From the sequence record DRR723986_5297: a stretch of 60,527 bases of DNA, one strand, 5' to 3'. Below, in pieces: positions 9,282 through 18,855 of the stretch (positions are counted from its first letter, which is position 1; each line of letters begins with the position of its first letter). The notes under the pieces are model-generated. The model worked only from the letters and a program-made list of their open reading frames with translations, did not search any database and had not been told where the DNA came from. Position numbers and translations under genes: made by a program.

Positions 9282-10166
9282 CTATGTTTCTTGGCACTGA
9301 GGGAAGCCGTTGACCTGGGAAAGGATACGGCGTGTTGCTGTGGCCTTGTTGAGGACATAGAAGTGCAGGCCAGCCACCGACGCATCTAGCAGTTCTTGCA
9401 TCTGTGCCGTAGCGTGTTCGACACCAACCTGGAATTGCCAGTCGTTGTCGTCCTTTTCGCTCAGGCGATCGACAAAAGCTTTTGGTAGCTTGGCCTTGCA
9501 AAGGCTCGTGATCCGCTGAACTTGCTTGAGCGTCAAAACAGGCAGCAGACCAGGGATGATCGGAACCGTGATCCCCGCTTGAACGCACTTGTCGCGGAAA
9601 GCGAAGAAATCTGCGTTGTCGTAGAAAAGCTGGGTTACGATAGCGTCTGCGCCGGCGTCCACTTTTCGTTTCAGGTTCTCAAGGTCCGTGGCCGCATCCG
9701 GTGCTTCCTGGTGTACTTCCGGGTAACCGGCCACCAAGATGCCAAGTTGCGGGAACTCTGCCTTGATCAGCTCAACAAGTTCGTTGGCATATCGCAGTCC
9801 GCCTTCGACGGGCTTGAACGAGGTTTCGCCGTGCGGTGGATCGCCCCGAAGTGCGACGATGTAGTCGACGCCGCGGTCGATCGCGGTCGTAAGGTACCCT
9901 CGCAATTCATCCTTGGTCGACCCTACACAAGTCAGGTGGGAGGCAACCGGCAGGCTGACTTTTCTTTTGACTTCCGTTGTGATCGTGAGCGTTTTCTCGC
10001 GTGTTGATCCACCGGCTCCGTAGGTGCAGGTGAAGAAGTCGGGGTTGAATGAAGCTAGCTCGCCGACGTTCCGATAAAGCGTTTCCATGCCAGCATCGGT
10101 CTTCGGCGGAAACAGCTCGAATGAGAGGCCAGGCTTATCACCGGAAAACACTTCAGAAAGTTTCAC
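9282..10166 (-). CDS. metF: 5,10-methylenetetrahydrofolate reductase
   Basis: SFELFPPK, TYGAGGST, HLTCVG, ALRGDPP, AGYPEVH, TQLFYD, LHFYVLN. Confidence 0.96.
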   Translation of the reverse strand: MKLSEVFSGDKPGLSFELFPPKTDAGMETLYRNVGELASFNPDFFTCTYGAGGSTREKTLTITTEVKRKVSLPVASHLTCVGSTKDELRGYLTTAIDRGVDYIVALRGDPPHGETSFKPVEGGLRYANELVELIKAEFPQLGILVAGYPEVHQEAPDAATDLENLKRKVDAGADAIVTQLFYDNADFFAFRDKCVQAGITVPIIPGLLPVLTLKQVQRITSLCKAKLPKAFVDRLSEKDDNDWQFQVGVEHATAQMQELLDASVAGLHFYVLNKATATRRILSQVNGFPQCQET

Positions 10167-10380
10167 TTCGTCATTCCTACCGAGTTACTGTTCAATTTCG
10201 CGGTTCTCACGCCCGTCGGTCGACTAGAGAACGCTCAGTGGGCACGCCCAACGAGCCCCGCGCAACCGATTTGCCCTGAATTGCGAGGCCTGAACACGCT
10301 CCGGGGCCACGGCACTGAGTGGGCCACTGAGTGCTTCCATAATAATCCATTTCCAGAATCCTGGCGACGAGCCTGATCGG

Positions 10381-10857
10381 TCAACTGTCGTTTTCACCCT
10401 CGAGTTCACGGTAGACTTCGTCGCGGCTGCGCAATTGGCGGAAGAGCGCCCGCTTCTGATCGGGCAGCGAATAGTCGAATCCGAGGTCTTGGAGGAAGGA
10501 TTCCGAAGAGCTAATTGCCATCACTTCCATGACGCCTCGCTCCTTGGCCAAGTCGACGCAGCTATCGACCAGCTTGGCACCGATTCCGTGACGACGGTGC
10601 TTGGCGGAAACGACCAGATTCTGGATCTCTGCCAATTTCTTCGAATAAACTTCGATCGCGCAAAAGCCAACCACTTCGTCGCCCAACAGGGCCACGAAGC
10701 CGGTGCTAAGCAAGGCGAGCATCTCGGCACGAGTCCTGCGCAGCACCTTGCGGTCTAGCACAACAGGTTGCACCAAATTCAGTATTGCTTCCAAATCATC
10801 GGCCACCGCGGGCCGCACCGTGTAGTCGCTCAGCTCATTTACTCCTACGGCATCCAT
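10381..10857 (-). CDS. GNAT acetyltransferase, probable short N-acetylglutamate synthase (ArgA-like)
   Basis: GNAT motif RRHGIGAKLV. LAEIQNLVV resembles short ArgA. Directly downstream of argE. Confidence 0.7.
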   Translation of the reverse strand: MDAVGVNELSDYTVRPAVADDLEAILNLVQPVVLDRKVLRRTRAEMLALLSTGFVALLGDEVVGFCAIEVYSKKLAEIQNLVVSAKHRRHGIGAKLVDSCVDLAKERGVMEVMAISSSESFLQDLGFDYSLPDQKRALFRQLRSRDEVYRELEGENDS

Positions 10858-10900
10858 TCTTTGCCGATGTGTGGTCTCACATTGAAGCGGGACAAGCTCG

Positions 10901-12067
10901 CTAGTTGTTGGTTACGAACTTTCGCAAGGCTCGCTCAAACATGTCAGCACCAAGCTGTAACTGTTCGATCGCGATCCATTCGTCTGGTCGATGCGCTTGT
11001 TCAATGCTGCCAGGACCAAAGACGATTAAGTTTTTCAACTGCGTTAGGCAGCACCCATCCGTCGCAAAGCAAACCGCACTTGTTTCGGATCGCCCCACTG
11101 CCGCATTGAATTTCTGAACACAGGGTGCGTCCGAGGGCGTGAATACAGGTGACAACGGACGCAGCGTCTTGGCATCCAGTTTATGCGTTTTGGCTATCGC
11201 CAGAATCTCATCCGCCACCGATTGCCACTGAGTGTCCGGCATGGGGCGAAAGAAGATTTCGCAGGTTGATTCACCAACAGTGATATTCGCCATCGCTGGG
11301 CGATTGTGTAAGACGACGTTTAAGGACAGGGTCGATGGGTCGAACAGTTTGTTCTGATACTGCGGTTCGCTCTCAGTCCGAGCAACGAGCTCCTTCAACG
11401 CGGTCAAGAACGGAATCATCTGCCAGTTTGCGTTGACGCCATCGTTGGTGCTGCTGTGCGCGGCTACGCCTTGGGCGGAAACGTTGATGTGGCAACCACC
11501 TTTGTGGGCATTGACCGTGCTCAAACTTGTTGGCTCGCCGATGATCCCCAGCGCTCCGGACTCGCAGGCTTCGCCAAACCACTGCGAATCTTGGGCCAGC
11601 CGATCAGCACCGACCATCCCGTTTTCTTCGTCGCCAGTCATGAAGAAGTAGATTGCCGCCGTTTGCTCCGATGCATCAATTCGCGAAATCGCGGAAAGCA
11701 TCGAAGCGATCGAGCCCTTCATGTCGCAAGAGCCGCGCCCCCACAATCGCCCATCACGAATATTTGCATCAAATGGGCCGCCGTGAACTTCATCCCATCC
11801 ATCGACTGAAACGACGTCTGTGTGGCAAAAGTAGGCCAGTGGATCGGCCGTTGATTGACGCTCGGGTGACGAACTTTCGGGGGCCCGCTTGGCTTCCAGG
11901 AGCTGTTTGCTGGTACCATGAAAATCCTGGTAGTCGCGGACCCGAACCTCAAATCCCAAGCCCGCCAGTTGCGTCGCCAATTCCTGAGTTACGCCTGCGT
12001 TGGACGTGTCCGTAACACTCGGGATCCGCACCAGTTTGACGGCAGTTTCTACAGGATCAAGACTCAT
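10901..12067 (-). CDS. argE: M20 family acetylornithine deacetylase
   Basis: HTDVV, GRGSCDMKG, DEENG, GEPT, AAHSS, GPGSIEQAH. Confidence 0.8.
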   Translation of the reverse strand: MSLDPVETAVKLVRIPSVTDTSNAGVTQELATQLAGLGFEVRVRDYQDFHGTSKQLLEAKRAPESSSPERQSTADPLAYFCHTDVVSVDGWDEVHGGPFDANIRDGRLWGRGSCDMKGSIASMLSAISRIDASEQTAAIYFFMTGDEENGMVGADRLAQDSQWFGEACESGALGIIGEPTSLSTVNAHKGGCHINVSAQGVAAHSSTNDGVNANWQMIPFLTALKELVARTESEPQYQNKLFDPSTLSLNVVLHNRPAMANITVGESTCEIFFRPMPDTQWQSVADEILAIAKTHKLDAKTLRPLSPVFTPSDAPCVQKFNAAVGRSETSAVCFATDGCCLTQLKNLIVFGPGSIEQAHRPDEWIAIEQLQLGADMFERALRKFVTNN

Positions 12068-12193
12068 GGAATACGCTGTTCAGAGTTTTGTTCGGTGGTT
12101 GTGGAGTGCTGCAATATTTTGCGAGAAAGTGCCTGTGACGCTGACACATCATAGTCAAGAGAAGTTCGCCGAGAACCGTGCCAAGCGACGTCC

Positions 12194-14278
12194 TTAGCGG
12201 GTAATACTTTGCGTGGCAGTGGCGTGTCGCTGGCGATCGAGCATCCAGAATTCGGCCGATGCCACGCGTTCACGAACCAGCCATGGACGGTTGGCCGCGG
12301 ACGCATGTTCACGAAGCACCGACGACAGATCGTCGATCACGACCGGATCACTGCCGTAGTAGCTGTGCCCAGTTGAGAAAAACGCCTGGGGACCGATGTC
12401 GATCGCTTCCAGGTTGTTTACGTTGTTGGTGACGACGTCCAGCCCAACCCGCTTTCCACCGTGCAACAAACGTGACAGCCACAGCGCGCGGTCGGCAGAA
12501 CTGAAGTAGAGCGTCGACTGAGCGACCGCGCCTTCGAGACTTTCGCTGTAGCGGCCCGAGAATGCTTGCGCGTCCACATCCGGCGCGGCCATGACCAAGC
12601 GGTCGATGATGGGCTCCGGTTCTTTTTCATTCGAAGAACGCAGATGCAGTCGTTCGACAGCTTGCAGCAAGGCGCGATTTCCCATGCTGTGCGCGATCAA
12701 ATTGATCGACTTAACACCGGCTTGCTCTCTCAAGTCCAAAATCAACTGCTCTAGATGAGGCGCTGACCAGTTGACGGTTGATTCGTCCGCGCTGTAACCA
12801 GCAACGTTCCCCTTGGACGGCCAGCTATAACAAATGGCTGGTCCGGCAATGTTCAGATCATAGGAGAGTTGAGCGGTTCGCTTCAGTGCATCGTCGAACC
12901 GCACGTTGTATCCGTGAACGAAAATGAAAGCACCGCTTCCGTTGGCCAATGGCGGCATGTGCCCGTCACCGCTCGCAGCAACCTCCTGACCGATCTCGGA
13001 AAACCAGTGGTCAACATCATCGTCGACACTGACTTTGTGCAAGACAATGTGCTTGCCAGGCGTTTCGACGAACTCGAACTTCGCAATGGAGACAGACTCA
13101 AAGCCGCCTTTTTCATGCTTGGGCGGCAGTGAGACAATCGCTTCACCAAGATGCAATGGGTACTCGGGGCCAGCTTCGTAGCGTTCTGTCGTGAAGACCG
13201 ATTGATTGTTTTGCGCAAGCCGATGCACCTGCTGCATGCGCACAACATCGGCGTGAAGCGTCAGCACGAGCAGCGTCGTTGCCGCCGCGCAAGCGATCAT
13301 CCACAACGGTCGAAATCGTTTCACCAGGAAGCAGCCAATTGACAAGCCGCATAGCACAAGAGTGACAGCCGCCGTTCTGGTAAAGATCTGAATGGTGTTC
13401 GGAAGCAATTCGACCAGTGGCAGTCGGTCCGTTGCAAATCTTACTGTCACCGCGTGGGCACCTGGCGGCAAATCAAGGTCCGCTTGTTCGGCGGCCGCAG
13501 GCATGACGCTTGCCGGGGCAACAGGACTGGGAGCGGTCGCTGCTGAGGCGATGGGGTACTCGGGGAGCGAATTAGGCAGTGGGTCACCTGTCAGCACACC
13601 GTCACTTGACAGCACCCCCATGGATGTCGATGCACTGCCAGAGGTTCCTTCTGGGAATCGCCGTGGCTGACCTGCGGTGTTGAATGCCCCCACTTCAGCA
13701 GAGGATACCGAAGCGGCAGACATTGCTGTTCGCTCGCGTAGAGGGTTCGCGGGCAGGGGTGCAACAGAACGTTCAGACTGTAGCGTTGGTTGGTTGTTTA
13801 GTGTGCTGGAGTTGGAACTGGAGTTCTTGGGCGACATGGTGACACGAGGCGCTGCTGCCCCGGGAGCAAAAGCCCCTCCGGCAGAACTCGTAGGCGGTGC
13901 GAACCCGGTTGCGCCTGACGATTGTCCGCTGGCGACCGCGCTGCTGCTTGCACCGGTGTGTAGACCAACGCTTGCTCCTGAGTTGCTTCTAGCGTTCCAC
14001 GGGGCCGCGTTCTGTGCGCCCAGCATCGGATGGGCACCGACACTTTCAGCCGTGGCAGCGCCACCAAAGCCAGCTTCGGCACTACCGCCTAACGCAGCGT
14101 TACCACCGACCGAAGCATCGTCGCTTGTGGGCGAGACGTGTGAGTCGGCTAGCTGTGAGGCTTCATCACTGGCCGTCGCTTCAGCCGTTGATTCGGACTT
14201 CGAAGCACAGCCGGCGCTGAACAGTGTCAAAGTCAACAGGATTGCGAGTCGCCACTTCGGGCAGGTGGTTCTGTACAT
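12194..14278 (-). CDS. DUF900-type alpha/beta hydrolase with lipoprotein signal, low-complexity region and internal TM hairpin
   Basis: Lipobox FSAGC. DUF900 motifs FATDR, FVHGYN, YSWPSKG, AHSMGNR, AAPDVD, GHSYY. Start taken as ATG 14278. Confidence 0.85.
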   Translation of the reverse strand: MYRTTCPKWRLAILLTLTLFSAGCASKSESTAEATASDEASQLADSHVSPTSDDASVGGNAALGGSAEAGFGGAATAESVGAHPMLGAQNAAPWNARSNSGASVGLHTGASSSAVASGQSSGATGFAPPTSSAGGAFAPGAAAPRVTMSPKNSSSNSSTLNNQPTLQSERSVAPLPANPLRERTAMSAASVSSAEVGAFNTAGQPRRFPEGTSGSASTSMGVLSSDGVLTGDPLPNSLPEYPIASAATAPSPVAPASVMPAAAEQADLDLPPGAHAVTVRFATDRLPLVELLPNTIQIFTRTAAVTLVLCGLSIGCFLVKRFRPLWMIACAAATTLLVLTLHADVVRMQQVHRLAQNNQSVFTTERYEAGPEYPLHLGEAIVSLPPKHEKGGFESVSIAKFEFVETPGKHIVLHKVSVDDDVDHWFSEIGQEVAASGDGHMPPLANGSGAFIFVHGYNVRFDDALKRTAQLSYDLNIAGPAICYSWPSKGNVAGYSADESTVNWSAPHLEQLILDLREQAGVKSINLIAHSMGNRALLQAVERLHLRSSNEKEPEPIIDRLVMAAPDVDAQAFSGRYSESLEGAVAQSTLYFSSADRALWLSRLLHGGKRVGLDVVTNNVNNLEAIDIGPQAFFSTGHSYYGSDPVVIDDLSSVLREHASAANRPWLVRERVASAEFWMLDRQRHATATQSITR

Positions 14279-14726
14279 CCCAAGTGTTCCATGCGGTGGA
14301 AGTGGTAGATACGGGGCCGTGCAGCCGCTGGGCAAGCGACGGTGCGGCTCGAAGGTCGACTCAAGGGTTTGAGCGAAAGCCGCAGGGTAAACGCGCGGAT
14401 TATTGGAGATAGCAAAAGCGGTAAACCGTGTGAAGTCAGTTCTGGTAGGGGGTTGCTAGCGGCAGCCGAACGACCGCGCGTGCTGGCAAATCGAGGAACG
14501 CACATGAGTCAGGAAACACTCGAGGCTGTGCGGACACTATCAGCGTCGCTGTAAAACGATAAACTGCTAGCAGAGATAGCCGCGCTTTGATGGTCTATCG
14601 CTTGCCGCGTAAACTTAGGATTTGACAGCCCTTCGTGGGAAGCGAATTCTCCCTTTTCGACAACAACCGCTGTGCCTCGCACCCACACAGCTCTGCTCCA
14701 CCTCAAGAACTGAAGGACGATACGGA

Positions 14727-15569
14727 ATGTCCACCGCCACCGTAAAGGAAGCGATCAAGCTTCTCAGCGAACGCCTTCAAGACCCAGTCGATAACCTGCC
14801 TCTTTTGAAGCAGTCGCTGCTGTTCGCCGAACTGGCCAAGGCCTCCTACTACGAACCTACGGTGATTGAGCAGGCGATTAAGGACATTGGTTTTACGGAC
14901 TACGAGTTCTTTGACCGCGATGGAGCACAGGCCTATCTGTTTTGGACAAAGCACGATTGCGTTGTGGTTTGTCGCGGTACTGAGCCAAACGAGTGGAATG
15001 ATATCAAGGCTGACGTAAATGCGATTTCGGTTGTCGCCGAGACCGCCGGCAAGGTTCACTGTGGTTTCAAGAATGAAGTTGACGATCTGTGGCCACGGCT
15101 CGAACGCGCCCTGAAGAGCAATGACTTGCCGCTTTGGTTCGCCGGCCATTCACTCGGTGGAGCCATGGCCACGATTTGTGCTGGCCGCTGCAAACTTGCC
15201 GAAATTCCATCCAACCCCGAAGCGATTTTCTCGTACGGCAGTCCAAGGGTGGGCAACAATCGATACATCAATTACGTCAAAGTCCGCCATTATCGGTGGG
15301 TGAACAACAACGACATCGTGCCTCGGGTCCCCCCAACATGGTTGGGTTATCGCCACTGCGGTCGCGAAATGTACCTGAATGCGACTGGCGAATTGAAGAA
15401 GTTGACTCCGTGGCGGCGTTTTACCGACGGCTGGAAGGGCTTCACGATGTCGCTGAAGAAGTGGCAACTTGATCACTTGAGTGACCACTCGATGGAGCAG
15501 TACATCGAGTTCATTCGCCGGGCTGCTGAGAAGGAGCAGAATGGGGAGATGCCGCCAGTAGAAAAGTAA
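14727..15569 (+). CDS. Class 3 lipase
   Basis: VVCRGTE, VHCGF, GHSLGG nucleophile elbow, YGSPRVGN, NDIVPRVP, DHSM. ATG 14727 follows an AAGGA motif. Confidence 0.9.
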   Translation: MSTATVKEAIKLLSERLQDPVDNLPLLKQSLLFAELAKASYYEPTVIEQAIKDIGFTDYEFFDRDGAQAYLFWTKHDCVVVCRGTEPNEWNDIKADVNAISVVAETAGKVHCGFKNEVDDLWPRLERALKSNDLPLWFAGHSLGGAMATICAGRCKLAEIPSNPEAIFSYGSPRVGNNRYINYVKVRHYRWVNNNDIVPRVPPTWLGYRHCGREMYLNATGELKKLTPWRRFTDGWKGFTMSLKKWQLDHLSDHSMEQYIEFIRRAAEKEQNGEMPPVEK

Positions 15570-15758
15570 CGGCGGTTATCATGGCGAGGATCGGTACTTT
15601 CCCCGCTCGTTCAGGGGCAGATCGCCCGAAGACTTATTTTGGCACCCGCTGCTATACTGGCGCGAGGCTTCCTTAAGCTCTGATTGGAATCCGCGTCGAT
15701 AGCTTGACGTGATCACAATCGGCGTTCAATGCGGGCAAAATCAGCACCAGGCTGAATG

Positions 15759-15911
15759 CTAGCGCTTCTTCTTCTTATTCTTGGCACCGCCTTGGCGGAC
15801 CTTGAATCGAGGATTGCTCTTGCAAATCACGTAGATACGACCGCGACGGCGTACTACTTGGCAATCAGGGTGTCGGAACTTCAGAGCTCCGATAGATGAT
15901 ACAACTTTCAT
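15759..15911 (-). CDS. rpmJ: 50S ribosomal protein L36, type B (not in the ORF track)
   Basis: Manual translation gives [50 protein letters not shown], an L36 signature with an incomplete Zn ribbon. Confidence 0.95.
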   Translation of the reverse strand: MKVVSSIGALKFRHPDCQVVRRRGRIYVICKSNPRFKVRQGGAKNKKKKR

Positions 15912-16142
15912 GATTCCGACCTGTTTATGGGCTGCTAGCTGAACCTCTGACGTCAGAAGCCTAACTCTGTCGCTTGGCTACCAATCGGGCCACCGAGCGG
16001 TTGATCTGAAGGCATTCAGCAAGTTTACGACTGCAGGTTTGCAAATTTCGAGGGCTCGATTGTAGGGAGAGCCCCATGATTAGCAACACCAAAAACGCCC
16101 CTTTGCAGGGCAACGCAGTTATTAAATCAAGGCAATTTATTG

Positions 16143-16212
16143 GTAGTGGACGAGGATACGAGTCCGTTCGAAATCACTGATGGATTCAGGGACTCCTGAC
16201 CTCGTCCACTGC
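16143..16212. repeat. Inverted pair of REP-like elements (second family)
   Basis: gtagtggacgaggatacgagtcc (16143-16165) and the reverse complement of 16190-16212 (gcagtggacgaggtcaggagtcc) match at 19/23. The first copy starts with GTAG. Confidence 0.65.
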
Positions 16213-16299
16213 GAGGAAGGCAACTCAAGGGTGAATAACTGAGTTGCCCTTCGTCTCCACCCTGGCCAAAGTGCCCCTTTGCCGACTAATATGCCCGGC

Positions 16300-18744
16300 A
16301 TGTCTCACGGATTGAACCCAGAGCAGCTAGATGCTGTACAAACGCTCTCAGGTCCCATGCTGGTGCTCGCAGGCGCCGGAAGCGGTAAAACGCGCGTGGT
16401 GACGTTCCGAATCGCCAATCTTATCCGAAATGGCACTAAGCCGGATCGAATCTTAGCGGTGACGTTCACCAACAAGGCCGCCAAGGAAATGAAGGAGCGG
16501 ATCGGGCAATTGGTTGGCCCGAAAAAGCCCACTCGCCGGCGTCGCCCGGGCGAGCCGAAGCCTCCTGAGCCGGTTGTTGGCACGTTTCACGCCAACTGCG
16601 TCAAGATTCTCCGTCGTCACGCGGCACGGCTTGGATATCCCGAACGATTCGCCATCTACGACCGGGCTGACCAGGAGGCCAAGGCGCGAGAAGTGCTTCG
16701 GCAGCTTCGCGTCCACACTGGAATGCTCAAGCCGGGCGACTTCCTGAGCCACGTTTCGCGTTGGAAGAATGCCGGAGTCCGTCCTGATCAGGCTGGCGAC
16801 ACGGCCCGAACCGACGTCGAGCATGTGGCTGCAAGCGGCTATCGTCGCTATCAGGAAGCCATCAAGCTGGCCGGTGCGATGGACTTTGATGACCTCCTGC
16901 TACAGACCGAGGCCCTTTTTCGCGAGCACCACGATGTTCGCGCCGAAGAAGCGGGGCGATTCGACCACATCTTGGTCGACGAATATCAGGACACCAACCA
17001 AACTCAGTACTCCATCATCCAGCAACTTGCCGGTGGTCACCGCAATCTGTGTGTCGTTGGTGACGATGACCAGTCGATTTACGGCTGGCGCGGTGCGGAA
17101 GTAGAGCACATCCTCAACTTCAAGAACGATTGGCAAGAAGCAAAAATTGTCCGCTTGGAAGCCAACTACCGGTCAACGTCTGCCATCATCCAGACCGCCA
17201 ACCGGCTTATCTCATTTAACAAGACGCGTCACGACAAAGCGCTTCGTGCCGCACGCATGGGAGGCACCCCGCCACGGATCTTGCAGTTTAAGAACGAGGT
17301 TGAAGAGGCGGAGGGCATCGCCGGCGAGATCGCTCGAATCCTGCCCAACAAACTGCGAGAGCCGCGAGACTTTGCGATTCTGTTTCGCACAAACGAACAA
17401 CCGCGTGTATTCGAGACCGCTCTCCGCGCCGTTGGTGTTCCTTACAGCCTTGTCGGAACGCAGAGCTTTTTTGACCGGAAGGAAATCCGCGACCTTCTGA
17501 GCTACATGCGGCTGGTCGACAATCCCAAAGACGAAGTGGCACTGCTGCGAGTTATCAACTATCCGCAAAGAGGCATTGGAGCAAAGTCTGTCCAACAGCT
17601 CCTTTCTCACGCCGTTTCTCACGGCCAGCCGGTCTGGGATTCGATGCGAGACCGAACGCTGGTTGAGGGGCTAGCTGAACCTGCCAAGCGCGGCATCTCG
17701 CGTCTGAAGAAAGTCATCGCCGACGCCACCGATCAAAGCAATGCTTCCGATGGAACCGTTTCCGATGTCGTTCGACGGCTGATTCAAAGCCTCGACTTTA
17801 TGTCTGCAATTGACCGCACGTACACTGAACCCGAAGAAGCGCAGATGCGCAAGGATTCGGTGGAGGAGATTGTAAACGCGGTTGCCGAGTATGAATCTCG
17901 AAACAAAGAGCCAACGCTTTCCGGATTTCTCGACGATGTCGCCCTGGCGGGCAAGGAATTTGGCAGTCCGAAAGATCAAAGCAAGCAGCCCAACGCAGTC
18001 GCACTGATGACGTATCACAGTGCAAAGGGGCTTGAGTTTCCAATCGTCTACATGGTCGGTATGGAAGAGGGCATCTTACCGCACCGAATGACGCTTAAAG
18101 AAAGCTACGATGAGGTCGAAGAAGAACGCCGTCTCTGCTACGTCGGCATCACGCGCGCCCAAGATGAACTGACGCTTAGCCTTCCGCTGGAGCGCAAAAA
18201 GTGGGGCAAGCCGCGTCCAACGTTCGTGAGTCGATTCTTGTATGAGTTAACCGGGCAGGCGGAAAATCCGAATTACCGAAAGTCGATGCAGGGTGCCCGC
18301 AAGGAGATTATGGCAGGCTTTACCAAAGGCAAAGGTAAAGCCAAGGCAGGAAAACAGAAACCTGCAGCGCAAACGAAATCAGCCGCAGGTAACAAGAAAA
18401 CGTTCAGCAAGCCTGCCGCAGCAAGCAAGAGTCCTGTGAAAAAGAAGCTACCAACGGCTCGCCCTCAGGCCTCCCACGGTAGTGCACCGCGACCGTCTCA
18501 GACGTCAACAACCCCAGCCTCTCAACAGGCTCAGACAAAACGCACGCCGACGCAGCGGCCAGCAGCCAATCAACCAGCAACACCCGGGACCGTTGCAAGC
18601 CCTCCAAACCAGACCAACAACCAGGCGAACGGTGGGCTGACGCAGCCAGACCGCTCCATTCCCGATCGATCTGCGAGTGATCGATCGACACCGCCAAATC
18701 ATCCTTCCTCCGGGCCGCAACCACCGCCACCCGGCCCGAACTAG
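16300..18744 (+). CDS. UvrD/Rep/PcrA family ATP-dependent DNA helicase with long low-complexity C-terminal tail
   Basis: SF1A motifs AGAGSGKT, TFTNKAA, VDEYQD, GDDDQSIYGWRG, NYRS, HSAKGLEF, EERRLCYVGITRA. Confidence 0.95.
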   Translation: MSHGLNPEQLDAVQTLSGPMLVLAGAGSGKTRVVTFRIANLIRNGTKPDRILAVTFTNKAAKEMKERIGQLVGPKKPTRRRRPGEPKPPEPVVGTFHANCVKILRRHAARLGYPERFAIYDRADQEAKAREVLRQLRVHTGMLKPGDFLSHVSRWKNAGVRPDQAGDTARTDVEHVAASGYRRYQEAIKLAGAMDFDDLLLQTEALFREHHDVRAEEAGRFDHILVDEYQDTNQTQYSIIQQLAGGHRNLCVVGDDDQSIYGWRGAEVEHILNFKNDWQEAKIVRLEANYRSTSAIIQTANRLISFNKTRHDKALRAARMGGTPPRILQFKNEVEEAEGIAGEIARILPNKLREPRDFAILFRTNEQPRVFETALRAVGVPYSLVGTQSFFDRKEIRDLLSYMRLVDNPKDEVALLRVINYPQRGIGAKSVQQLLSHAVSHGQPVWDSMRDRTLVEGLAEPAKRGISRLKKVIADATDQSNASDGTVSDVVRRLIQSLDFMSAIDRTYTEPEEAQMRKDSVEEIVNAVAEYESRNKEPTLSGFLDDVALAGKEFGSPKDQSKQPNAVALMTYHSAKGLEFPIVYMVGMEEGILPHRMTLKESYDEVEEERRLCYVGITRAQDELTLSLPLERKKWGKPRPTFVSRFLYELTGQAENPNYRKSMQGARKEIMAGFTKGKGKAKAGKQKPAAQTKSAAGNKKTFSKPAAASKSPVKKKLPTARPQASHGSAPRPSQTSTTPASQQAQTKRTPTQRPAANQPATPGTVASPPNQTNNQANGGLTQPDRSIPDRSASDRSTPPNHPSSGPQPPPPGPN

Positions 18745-18855
18745 CCCAGCGGCTTGGGTGGCTTAGCGGGGTATTCGCTGAGCGCAATCCGCTGAGTCAA
18801 ATCCGCTGGGCGGTACCGATGCACTCAGTCACAATGCTGTAGAGCAAGTCTGCTT

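Noticed and set aside
10167..10380. Possible SAM or SAH riboswitch upstream of metF
   Set aside because: A gccccg/cggggc stem and GAGCG are present, but I found no downstream pseudoknot complement and no SAM-I core.
13677..14372. 231-aa plus-strand ORF
   Set aside because: Antisense to the low-complexity arm of the DUF900 gene.
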